Of a stretch of DNA of 45,491 nucleotides, positions 26,264-34,921 are shown piece by piece. Below the pieces are notes generated by a model. That model did no database searches. It saw nothing but the letters and a program-made list of their open reading frames with translations, and had not been told where the DNA came from. Location: sequence record PQ141284.1. One strand, given 5' to 3'. The stretch's first letter is position 1, and each line of letters starts with the position of its first letter. Position numbers and translations under genes: made by a program. The DNA is from Escherichia phage fEg-Eco06.

Positions 26264-26625
26264 ATATTAACGACTACACGGGAATACCTTACGACTTTCG
26301 CAAACGTAATTGCTGGCATCACGTGCGCATTGTCCGCGCGGATGCCGGGTTAGAAACCCCAGCGTTCGACGTTGCAAGCCCAACGGCGATTAACGAAGCG
26401 TTCGACGAAGGACATCGCAACACGAAGGGACTTACAAAAATTGATAAGCCTGAAAACTTCTGTGCGGTGCTTATGGGGTATCGCCGCGGCGGTCGTATCG
26501 TGTGGCACGCAGGAGTTTACTTCGACGGGATGGTGAGCCATTGCGAGCTTGCTTCCCGTCAGGTACGGCTTGACAGGCTGGCGGATCTCAGAGACACGTA
26601 CACGGAGATTGAATTTTGGCGATAA
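26260..26625 (+). CDS. tail assembly protein, K-like Cys/His peptidase-type (putative)
   Basis: 121 aa; NCWHHV and later His suggest NlpC/P60-like fold as in lambda gpK-type proteins; position. Confidence 0.4.
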   Translation: MNINDYTGIPYDFRKRNCWHHVRIVRADAGLETPAFDVASPTAINEAFDEGHRNTKGLTKIDKPENFCAVLMGYRRGGRIVWHAGVYFDGMVSHCELASRQVRLDRLADLRDTYTEIEFWR

Positions 26626-29183
26626 TCCTGCACTACACGCGAAACGCTGATGGCGCTTTCAACCGTACAAAACACGTCGGGATGCCGATGGAGTTTGTCG
26701 TTAACCGTATCCCGGACGGCGTTCCGGTACGCGTCTATCTTGGCGAGATTGGTGATGATACTGATGTTACAGACGACTTCGACGCGCTCAAAGACGAGGA
26801 CGCCGTGTACCACATTATTGAGGGCGCTGGCGGCGGCATTGGCGACGCCATCGGGAGTGTATTCAGTTTCATCCTTAAGCCAATCGCCAAATTGTTCGGG
26901 CTAAACACAGCGGCTAACGCTAATTATTCCGCTACCAACAATCAGGCTACGTCGCCTAACAACAGTCTTACTGACCGCTCGAACAAGCCACGTCCTTATG
27001 AACGTTCTTATGACATCTGCGGGACAGTGCAGACTATACCCAATGACCTGATGCAGACGTATAAGGTGTTTAACGCCACGGGGGCGCTTATTGAATATGC
27101 GTACTATGACGCCGGTCGAGGGTATCTGCATATTGAGGAAGACGGTGTAACTGAGGCAGATACCCGAATCAGCGAGATAACTGGCTCGTCGGTGACGGTG
27201 TATTCTCCTTACACTTCGCCGAATAACACCAGCACACCACAATTGCATATCGGCGACCCTATAGACCAGAAATTGTACGTTACATTTAAAAACGCCGATG
27301 TCGATGGCGCTGTTCTTCCCGCCCCTAATGATATCGCTATAGACGTGCAGGACTACACTGTCCAGCGGCAGGGAACAACCGGCGTTGTAGTAGGCGATGA
27401 CGCTGGTTTCGATGAGTTTTTGGCGGTCGGGGACCTGGCATACTTCGATAACGTATATGCGGATACAACCCCAGGGTCTTTGGGTAATGAGGTTAACCTG
27501 GACGGGAGGTACACGGTTCTTTCTGTTAGTGAAACGACCCTTATTGTGGACGTCAGTACAAATCAATCAATATGGAACCAGCTAGGGTCATCGGTGTGGT
27601 TTATAGGTGAAGAGGGTAACCATCTCATAGGTCCGGCGGACACTTACGCGGCTTCCCTCTCTGAATGGGCGTACATCACCCGCGGTACGGTCAACCGTGT
27701 TGTAGCCAATGTCGCCGCCAGCAACGGCATGTATAAATATAACGGCGATTATAACCGTGCCTCCGTTACGGTGGAACTGCAATACCAGATGGTGGACGAA
27801 TTGAAACAGCCCGTTGGTGGCATATTCACCGTGCAAGGCACTGTTACGGGGAGAAACACCGATTACACTGGTATTACCCTATACGGAAGCTTGCCTACCG
27901 CTTCCAGATTCCGCGCCCGTATGCGCCGTGTTTCCGATACTGATAAAGATTTTGAGGGTACTGTTAGCGACGAGGTTACTTTCACTAATCTGTACGGGCA
28001 GTCACTGGATACAACCCCGCACTACGGCAACCGCACTACTGTACACTGCGCTCGTAAACAAACCCCACGTGCCGCCGAGGTGTCAGAACCGGAACTGCGC
28101 ATGATTGCTACCGAGATGTGCTACAAATACTTAGGTAACGGCGTATTCGATACGGTAATGACACCGAACACTCAGGCCGTGCAGTCGCTAATCAGGCTGG
28201 CGCGTGACCCTGTGGTGGGTAATCTGGAACTGACAACGGCAAATATGGACAAGTTACTTGCCGTGCAGGAAGAAATTGAGTCGTATTTTGGCAGTGAATT
28301 AGCCGGGCAGTTCTGCTACACATTCGACGACTACGACACAACCATGCAAGACATCGTTCAGACCATCGCGGAAGCCGTGTTTTGTACGGCATACCGTAAA
28401 GGTGCTGATATTATGCTGCGATTCGACCGTCCTGTTGCGGGGCCTGAGATGGTTTTCACCCACCGCAGCAAAACGACCGGTACGGAGAAATGGACGCGCA
28501 CGTTCAACGATTCGACAACCTACGATAGCCTGTCGTTCTCGTACATTGACCCGGATACAAACGTACAGGAGACGATTTATATCCCGGAAGAACTCGGCGC
28601 GAACACCGAGGAGTACGAATCGAAGGGTGTACGTAACTATCAGCAAGCGTACTGGCTGGCGTGGCGTCGCTACCAGCGCAACACGTTAAGTAAAGTTGTC
28701 GTAGAGTTCGAAGCTACCGAAGAAGGCGCTCTCGCTACTCCCGGCGGCGTAATCAGCGTGGTTAAAGGTTCACGTATCGCGCCTCAGGATGGTTATGTTG
28801 TTGCCGTTAATGGGCTTACGCTGACACTGTCGCAACCTGTTACGTTTACCCCCGGCGATGACCACTCCATCATCCTCAAGAAGCGCGATGGCTCCGTGCA
28901 GAGTATTTCTGTTATCAAAGGAAGCCACGACCGCGAGGTGATTATGCTCTCCGCGCCGGAGGAGGCAATCTACACGGGGAATAGCGCACTAAAAACTGAG
29001 TTTTCATTCGGCAACGAAGCAAGGCATAATGCTCAGAAGATAGTTGTTTCTTCAATCGACCCCGGCGACGACCGCACGGTCAAGATTACTGGTTACAACT
29101 ATGACGACGGATTCTATAAATACGACGGCGTCGCGCCATACGGCAGCAGCTTCTCCGACGGATTCAGCAATGGTTTTAATTAA
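26616..29183 (+). CDS. tail tip / central fibre protein (J-like)
   Basis: 855 aa; start uncertain (TTG 26616 or ATG 26682). Confidence 0.55.
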   Translation: MAIILHYTRNADGAFNRTKHVGMPMEFVVNRIPDGVPVRVYLGEIGDDTDVTDDFDALKDEDAVYHIIEGAGGGIGDAIGSVFSFILKPIAKLFGLNTAANANYSATNNQATSPNNSLTDRSNKPRPYERSYDICGTVQTIPNDLMQTYKVFNATGALIEYAYYDAGRGYLHIEEDGVTEADTRISEITGSSVTVYSPYTSPNNTSTPQLHIGDPIDQKLYVTFKNADVDGAVLPAPNDIAIDVQDYTVQRQGTTGVVVGDDAGFDEFLAVGDLAYFDNVYADTTPGSLGNEVNLDGRYTVLSVSETTLIVDVSTNQSIWNQLGSSVWFIGEEGNHLIGPADTYAASLSEWAYITRGTVNRVVANVAASNGMYKYNGDYNRASVTVELQYQMVDELKQPVGGIFTVQGTVTGRNTDYTGITLYGSLPTASRFRARMRRVSDTDKDFEGTVSDEVTFTNLYGQSLDTTPHYGNRTTVHCARKQTPRAAEVSEPELRMIATEMCYKYLGNGVFDTVMTPNTQAVQSLIRLARDPVVGNLELTTANMDKLLAVQEEIESYFGSELAGQFCYTFDDYDTTMQDIVQTIAEAVFCTAYRKGADIMLRFDRPVAGPEMVFTHRSKTTGTEKWTRTFNDSTTYDSLSFSYIDPDTNVQETIYIPEELGANTEEYESKGVRNYQQAYWLAWRRYQRNTLSKVVVEFEATEEGALATPGGVISVVKGSRIAPQDGYVVAVNGLTLTLSQPVTFTPGDDHSIILKKRDGSVQSISVIKGSHDREVIMLSAPEEAIYTGNSALKTEFSFGNEARHNAQKIVVSSIDPGDDRTVKITGYNYDDGFYKYDGVAPYGSSFSDGFSNGFN

Positions 29184-29195
29184 AGAGGACTCTAT

Positions 29196-31181
29196 ATGTC
29201 AAGCGGATGCGGTGACGTTTTAAGCCTGGCGGATTTACAGACCGCCAAGAAACATCAGATTTTCGAGGCCGAGGTTATCACTGGCAAATCCGGCGGTGTA
29301 GCTACGGGTGCAGACATTGATTACGCAACAAATCAGGTTACCGGGCAGACGCAGAAGACGCTTCCTGCCGTGTTGCGCGACGCGGGTTTTTCTCCGGTGT
29401 CATGGGATTTCTCCACAGGCGGCACGTTAACCGTTAACGACCGGGACAAGGTGGTGTATGACCCTGTTAGCGAAACATGGTACTCGTACGCAGGTACGTT
29501 ACCAGTTGTTGTCCCTGCATCGTTTAATCCAGTCGGTAACGCTAACTGGAAGCCGCAGACAGACCCAAATTTGCGTAATGATTTGGCGTCAAGTACCGCC
29601 GGTTTGGGGGCTTCACTGGTGTCTTTTTCCAACGGTAACACCGTTGAAACATTATCTGACGCGGACGGTGCCAAGAACATAGGCAGCGGCGAAAGGAGTT
29701 TGCTTGCACGTAACAATGATATTAAGCATTCAGGAGACTTCTCTACCCTGCAAGCTGCAGTAGATGCATCGTTACCGAAAAATGACTTACTTATTTCCCC
29801 TGGTGAATATACTGAAAAAGTTACTATTGGTAGCGCACAGTTAAAAGGCGTTGGTGGGGCTGTAGTACTAAAAACACCAGCAGACTTTACAAACACTGTT
29901 CAGGTTAATTTGTCGACGCCTCATTGGCAATTCCGCCATAGTGGCGGTTTTGCTATAGATGGTTCTGGTACAACCGGGGCCGTAGGTATTAGTTTTGACC
30001 CGTCAGACCAATATTCCGGACGTCATAATTTTAGTGATTTATACATACACAACATCAACAAGGCAATTCAGAAGCCTTCCGGGAACATCGGTAATACATG
30101 GAGAAATATTGGGGTATCTACGTGTGATTGGGGGTATTACGCGATTAGTGGCTCAGAGATGCATTGCGGGGCCGATACCCTCTACAATATCCACTTCGAC
30201 GGCATCTCCACCTATGCCGTCTACCTAAACGGCACTGTCGATAACGGCGGGATAGGCGGATGGTGGCTTAAAGACTCCATTATTGAGGCTTCCGGAGGCG
30301 GCGGGATATATTTAAAAAGCAAATCAGGTGACTGCCCTACATCTCCATGCGGGGTATCCAATGTATGGACGGAAGCGATTGCAACATCATCGGCTGTTCA
30401 GGTAGACGGCGTGGCGCAAAAACCGCGAGTTCTCAAGTTGGTAGACACCGCGATATTCTTTGCTGAGTATTCTTATCTCAACAACATCGAGCTATCCAAC
30501 TCCAACTTAGTAACTTATGGTTGCCGTTTTGACAACGCTGATGGTAATCAGGATATTGTAGTGGATGCACAAAGCACCATTGTAGCCCACGATGTGTATT
30601 TAAACGGCAGTTCTGGAAAGGACGTTATTGTAGAGTCTGTCGCGTCGCAATCCGCAACGGTAGCCACTACAAACTTGTCTCTGCGAGGAAATTTAACAAG
30701 GGGACGAGTGTTTAATACGCCGACGGGGAATAAGTTAAAAGCTATCACATTTGACTCAGGTAGCCATAATTTTTCTGGTAGCGGTACCGTTAACGGTTCG
30801 ACTGTATCTGACGGACTTCACGCCGCTACATGTACCGAATTTTCATTCCCTGGGTCCGGTTTATATGAAATGGTAGCGTCAAGAACGACACTTACATCCG
30901 GTAGATGGTACGTGTGGGGCGTCAACTCTCGCCTCCAATCAGGAACAGCAGATGTGAGTATAACGTCAGGTATTACTATGGGTAGCGTTTATACTAAGTC
31001 TGGTGAGTGGATTAGCACATTTGGGGTGGGTAAAGCTTCCGCTAACGGTACTGTAAGTCTGTACGTCTCTACTGCGGGAGGTTCAGGTGCTGTTATCAGA
31101 TTTAGCGACTTCTTCATCGCTGAGTTTACGACGCAGGCTCAGGCTTTAGCTTTCGCTAACTCCAGAATGTCGTTGGCTTAA
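29196..31181 (+). CDS. tail fibre / tailspike with beta-helix-like repeats
   Basis: 661 aa; AGAGGA RBS; Gly/Asn/Ser/Thr-rich repetitive segments typical of receptor-binding or depolymerase domains. Confidence 0.55.
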   Translation: MSSGCGDVLSLADLQTAKKHQIFEAEVITGKSGGVATGADIDYATNQVTGQTQKTLPAVLRDAGFSPVSWDFSTGGTLTVNDRDKVVYDPVSETWYSYAGTLPVVVPASFNPVGNANWKPQTDPNLRNDLASSTAGLGASLVSFSNGNTVETLSDADGAKNIGSGERSLLARNNDIKHSGDFSTLQAAVDASLPKNDLLISPGEYTEKVTIGSAQLKGVGGAVVLKTPADFTNTVQVNLSTPHWQFRHSGGFAIDGSGTTGAVGISFDPSDQYSGRHNFSDLYIHNINKAIQKPSGNIGNTWRNIGVSTCDWGYYAISGSEMHCGADTLYNIHFDGISTYAVYLNGTVDNGGIGGWWLKDSIIEASGGGGIYLKSKSGDCPTSPCGVSNVWTEAIATSSAVQVDGVAQKPRVLKLVDTAIFFAEYSYLNNIELSNSNLVTYGCRFDNADGNQDIVVDAQSTIVAHDVYLNGSSGKDVIVESVASQSATVATTNLSLRGNLTRGRVFNTPTGNKLKAITFDSGSHNFSGSGTVNGSTVSDGLHAATCTEFSFPGSGLYEMVASRTTLTSGRWYVWGVNSRLQSGTADVSITSGITMGSVYTKSGEWISTFGVGKASANGTVSLYVSTAGGSGAVIRFSDFFIAEFTTQAQALAFANSRMSLA

Positions 31182-31186
31182 AACTA

Positions 31187-31211
31187 AGGCCCCAAACGGG
31201 GCCTTTTCTCT
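31187..31211. terminator. bidirectional intrinsic terminator
   Basis: AGGCCCC / GGGGCCT stem with AAAC loop then TTTCTCT; between convergent operons. Confidence 0.65.
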
Positions 31212-31347
31212 ACTCTTCTGATAACTTCTCCAGTACAAACGCCAGTTGCGCATTAGCGGCGTCTCTTTGCTGGCGTAATCGTAGAACCTCTTCTTCAAGT
31301 TCCTTGATACGTTTTTGCAACGCCGGAATCGGGGCTGTGATGTTCAT
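31210..31347 (-). CDS. hypothetical small coiled-coil protein (45 aa)
   Basis: ATG overlaps stop of TOPRIM gene (ATGA); below track cutoff. Confidence 0.3.
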   Translation of the reverse strand: MNITAPIPALQKRIKELEEEVLRLRQQRDAANAQLAFVLEKLSEE

Positions 31348-31859
31348 TTGACAAATTTCCTCGCAAGATACGTTATTTCTTCTTCACAAAGTTCATCAAG
31401 GTCGTTAGATACAAATCCTCTGGTGAATGTTTTGCTGAACTTTAAGCCAGCTTTATCGTTGTCGCCAGCGCACACCCATTCATACGGCAAAAGTGACATT
31501 TGCTGCCGTAGGTCAGTTGGTATATTCGACCCAAGTGCGCTTACGGCATTGAACCCGCAATTCATCAAAGCAACAGCTTTAAATATGCTTTCGGTAACAA
31601 ATACTGTCCCACTTTCAGGAAGGTACTCCAACCCCCATAAGCAAGGTCTTGTTGTTCGGGTAAAATACCGCGCATCCTTTGGGTTCTTGCAGTTCTTTTC
31701 AGCATGTGGCTTGTAATGCTGGTACCCGCGTAGCTTACCGTCAAAGCCCCACAGGTAAAACGTAGCTACTCCAGGGCCTAAGACTACACGTAAACTGTCC
31801 GCGTCAAAACCTCGTGACAGCAGATGCGCCTTAAGTAGTAACTCCTCGCCATCCATCAT
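31344..31859 (-). CDS. TOPRIM-domain protein (primase-like)
   Basis: 171 aa; conserved Glu (VFVTESIF) and DxD (CAGDNDKAG) TOPRIM signature. Confidence 0.5.
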   Translation of the reverse strand: MMDGEELLLKAHLLSRGFDADSLRVVLGPGVATFYLWGFDGKLRGYQHYKPHAEKNCKNPKDARYFTRTTRPCLWGLEYLPESGTVFVTESIFKAVALMNCGFNAVSALGSNIPTDLRQQMSLLPYEWVCAGDNDKAGLKFSKTFTRGFVSNDLDELCEEEITYLARKFVK

Positions 31860-33280
31860 TTCTTACCTCGTCTCTTCATGTAATTAAGCAACTCTTCCTG
31901 TACCGATTTCTTCTCGTCAGTACGTGTGGTAACAACCTCGTCCAGCGTGTCTTTAGCGACGATGTGATAGAGGAACACCGGTCGCTCGTGCCCCGCTTGT
32001 TTCTGGCGGACCGGGCCTATACGCTCAACAACCTGCAAATAGTGCTCAAGGTTCCAGCCTTGCGAGATGAACGCCAGATGATGACCCCCGTCCTGTAAAT
32101 TCAAACCATGCCCGGCTGACGCAGGATGCACGCATAAAATCTCGATTTCCCCACGGTTCCACGCTTCCATCTGCTTATTACCCTTCGCACCTTTGGCAAA
32201 TGCCTGGGCCTGCGGGAATCGCTTAAGGATGCGCTCCAGTTCGTGCTTGAACTGATAGGCCACCAGTAACGGCGCGCCCTGTAACTCTTCCACAATGGAC
32301 TCCAGTGCGTCCAGTTTCGTGTCGTGCACTTTCTCCCAGTCTTTGGTTGCTTCGCCGTCAGGGCCAGATACATACACGGCACCGGAGGCAATCTGCAGAC
32401 ACTTCGACGTCTTCGCCGCTGCGTTAGCCGCTTCAACTTCTCCGCTCTCCAGTTCCGCGAATAACTTCTCCTCCATATCTATGTACGCCTGGCGCGCTTT
32501 CTTCGGCAGGTCGATTTCCACCGGTACGATAACAGGCGCTTCACAACCGAACCACTCGGCGGCGTCAATCGTCAGACTGATGTCCTTCATCTTCTGGTGA
32601 ATCTCGTTATCTGCACCAGGGCGGGCGTGATATTCACGTGCCATCGCAGATTTTCCTTTCTGTACCGAATTAAACCAGCGGTCGGTGAATGCTGTATACG
32701 ACGAACCTAGGCGCTCGCCAGCGTCGATAAACCAGTTCTGGCCCCACAAATCCTTGAGGCCGTTTGGTGACGGTGTACCAGTCAGGTTAATAAAACGCTT
32801 AACCCTTCCGAAAGCCACTTTACTAAGCGCCTTTGCACGCTTGCTACCACCTGAACGGCTGCGGAATGATTTAAGCTTCGTGCTTTCATCTGCAACGATA
32901 ACCGTAAAAGGCCAGTCGTCTTTGCCGTAGTAGTCAATCAGCCACTCGATAACCTCATAGTTCGTGCAAACCACGTTAGCATCTGACTCCAGCGCCGCGA
33001 TGCGGCGCTTCTCTGAACCAGTCGCATCTACAACACGCAGACATGGGAATTGCCATTTCTCTTGCTCTGCAGGCCACGTACCGGATGCAACACGCAACGG
33101 GGCGAGGATTAACACGCGGTCATCTTCTGTAAGCTGCCCGTTGCGAAACAGGCGATTAAGCACCCACATAGTTGAGGAGGTTTTGCCCCCTCCCATGCCG
33201 CACCAGATATTACAGCGCGGGTGTTGCAGCATGAACGAGGTCATGAGCTTCTGATATTCGCGCCTTTTAAACTTACTCAT
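31856..33280 (-). CDS. SNF2/DEAD-like superfamily 2 helicase
   Basis: 474 aa; Walker A GMGGGKTS; DExx box VIVADESTKL. Confidence 0.7.
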   Translation of the reverse strand: MSKFKRREYQKLMTSFMLQHPRCNIWCGMGGGKTSSTMWVLNRLFRNGQLTEDDRVLILAPLRVASGTWPAEQEKWQFPCLRVVDATGSEKRRIAALESDANVVCTNYEVIEWLIDYYGKDDWPFTVIVADESTKLKSFRSRSGGSKRAKALSKVAFGRVKRFINLTGTPSPNGLKDLWGQNWFIDAGERLGSSYTAFTDRWFNSVQKGKSAMAREYHARPGADNEIHQKMKDISLTIDAAEWFGCEAPVIVPVEIDLPKKARQAYIDMEEKLFAELESGEVEAANAAAKTSKCLQIASGAVYVSGPDGEATKDWEKVHDTKLDALESIVEELQGAPLLVAYQFKHELERILKRFPQAQAFAKGAKGNKQMEAWNRGEIEILCVHPASAGHGLNLQDGGHHLAFISQGWNLEHYLQVVERIGPVRQKQAGHERPVFLYHIVAKDTLDEVVTTRTDEKKSVQEELLNYMKRRGKK

Positions 33281-34202
33281 TTACTGCCCCCATGAATGCC
33301 TTTATAAATTCAGCGGCTACTTGCGGGACGATGGCATTGCCATAACCGCGCAATCGTCCCACTCTGGCGGGTATCCCATTAGCCAGCGGGAATGTGCCGG
33401 GTTCAACTGGCCTGAATTTTCCATCCCGGCATCCGAGCCAGTCTGCCTCTGACCAGAAGCCGTGATGCGGATTGGTCGCGATATTTTCAGTCCCTGCTCC
33501 GTTGAGTAGTCCAGCCTGTCGAAAGTCCGGTCCTTTCCGTCCTTGCGAATCACTGTCTCTCCGCTCCCTCTGTAATCGTTCGCGGTCGGCGTCGCCCATG
33601 CCGTCATCGCGGCGGCCCACCCCAGTTTGTTCGGTTTCGTCCTGCCGTCTGTGCTGCGCATGTTCACGTCGTTTGTTATCAGTGATACTGCTGGCGTGGG
33701 CCAATCTATGCGCGCCGAAGAAAAGTCGGTCGCGTTTGTGCGGTGCGCCGACGCTACAAGCCGGGAGTACGGCAAACCCGACGGCGTAGTTTTCTCCTTC
33801 CAGGTGAGTTTGTAAATCGCACATCCACGATTTTGCAATTGCTGGCGCAACCTGCTCCCCAAAGAGGACTGGAGGGCAGCACTCGCTGATGAGGTCGAGG
33901 AACACAGGTGCGAGGTGTCTCGGGTCGAACTGTCCGAGTTGCTTTCCCGCTGCGCTAAACGGTTGGCAAGGCGGGCTTCCCGTCCAGAGAGGCGCATCTT
34001 CCGGAACTCCCGCAAGTCTGAGCGCGAGAGGCCAGCCGCCGATACCAGCGAAAAAATGACACTGGGTGAATCCGTCGAGGTCTTCTGGCTTAACTTCAGT
34101 AATGCTTCTTTCATCTACAACTCCAAAAGGTATGTGACCCTGTTTTATTAATTCACGCAGCCACGCGGCTGCGCCTTTATCCCATTCGTTGTAATAGTTC
34201 AT
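33273..34202 (-). CDS. DNA (cytosine-5)-methyltransferase
   Basis: 309 aa; FFAGIGGW (motif I), SPPCQPFSAAGK (PCQ catalytic motif IV), LFGEQV (ENV-like), GNAIVP (motif X). Confidence 0.75.
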   Translation of the reverse strand: MNYYNEWDKGAAAWLRELIKQGHIPFGVVDERSITEVKPEDLDGFTQCHFFAGIGGWPLALRLAGVPEDAPLWTGSPPCQPFSAAGKQLGQFDPRHLAPVFLDLISECCPPVLFGEQVAPAIAKSWMCDLQTHLEGENYAVGFAVLPACSVGAPHKRDRLFFGAHRLAHASSITDNKRREHAQHRRQDETEQTGVGRRDDGMGDADRERLQRERRDSDSQGRKGPDFRQAGLLNGAGTENIATNPHHGFWSEADWLGCRDGKFRPVEPGTFPLANGIPARVGRLRGYGNAIVPQVAAEFIKAFMGAVNE

Positions 34203-34390
34203 TTTGCCACCAGAACTAACTCTTTACGCCCGAACGCCGTAACGTTACCGGTTACATCTTCGATAACCAGTTTACCGTTCGACTCGACGTACACCGTATC
34301 AACGGCAACAGGCCGACGGGTCTTAACGTTGAAAATCATGTCGCCAGGTACGATGTCGCGTGCTGGTTTGCGGTCATATTCGTGTTTCAT
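34199..34390 (-). CDS. hypothetical protein
   Basis: 63 aa, first gene after promoter at 34424-34452. Confidence 0.5.
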   Translation of the reverse strand: MKHEYDRKPARDIVPGDMIFNVKTRRPVAVDTVYVESNGKLVIEDVTGNVTAFGRKELVLVAK

Positions 34391-34420
34391 TTCTCAATTC
34401 CTTATATTGTTGGTGTAGGA

Positions 34421-34708
34421 CTAACTATAATAGTTCGCTATTAGGGCGTCAACCTGTTTAAACGAACCAACGACAAAAACATTAGCACCACGCTTACGCA
34501 TCCGCTCGTGCTCCCGTAACTGGTGTGGATCCGGCTTCGTGCTTTCGTCTTTCTTTATCTCGACGAACCAGATGACGCCGCCGGGGAGAATTACCAGCAG
34601 GTCAGGGGCGCCGGAACGTCCTTCGTAGGAAAGTTTACGAACGAGGCCACCAATGGCCTCGAATCGGTCTTTTGCGTATTTCTGTATTTTGCCCTCAGGC
34701 GTACTCAT
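34421..34708 (-). CDS. VRR-NUC domain nuclease
   Basis: ATG 34708 within track ORF 34421-34744; PDLLVILPGG...FVEIKKDE...QLREHERM segment. Confidence 0.6.
   Translation of the reverse strand: MSTPEGKIQKYAKDRFEAIGGLVRKLSYEGRSGAPDLLVILPGGVIWFVEIKKDESTKPDPHQLREHERMRKRGANVFVVGSFKQVDALIANYYS
34424..34452 (-). promoter_or_regulatory. sigma70-like promoter (TTGACN-N17-TATAGT family)
   Basis: minus strand TTGACG (34452-34447), 17-bp spacer, TATAGT (34429-34424); overlaps 3' end of VRR-NUC gene. Confidence 0.5.
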
Positions 34709-34793
34709 CCACACACCCCTCACGTTTCGTATGCGCAATACCACAGCGCGGACAGATCCGGCGGTCTTCTTCGTAGAACCAGTAAATTTTCAT
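34695..34793 (-). CDS. hypothetical zinc-ribbon-like peptide (32 aa)
   Basis: ATGA-coupled; CPRCG motif; below track cutoff. Confidence 0.25.
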   Translation of the reverse strand: MKIYWFYEEDRRICPRCGIAHTKREGCVDEYA

Positions 34794-34921
34794 TCCAGCA
34801 CCCACAGATAAATTGTTACTAACATACCTAATACGGCAACCATCATGCCGTATTGACCCTCGTGACAGTAGACACCGGCGGCGAATCCCGCCAGTACCGC
34901 AATAATCAGTTTACTTGGCAT
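34790..34921 (-). CDS. hypothetical membrane peptide (43 aa)
   Basis: ATG overlapping the 3' end of the polymerase gene; single hydrophobic helix; below track cutoff. Confidence 0.25.
   Translation of the reverse strand: MPSKLIIAVLAGFAAGVYCHEGQYGMMVAVLGMLVTIYLWVLE

Noticed and set aside
26901-27566. 221-aa minus-strand ORF inside the J-like tail tip gene
   Set aside because: Antisense to a long + strand gene in an operon with no minus-strand promoter or RBS; Arg-rich translation.
33317-34114. 265-aa alternative-frame ORF on the same strand as the methyltransferase
   Set aside because: Lacks the methyltransferase motifs found in the 33273-34202 frame; Ser-rich low-complexity translation.
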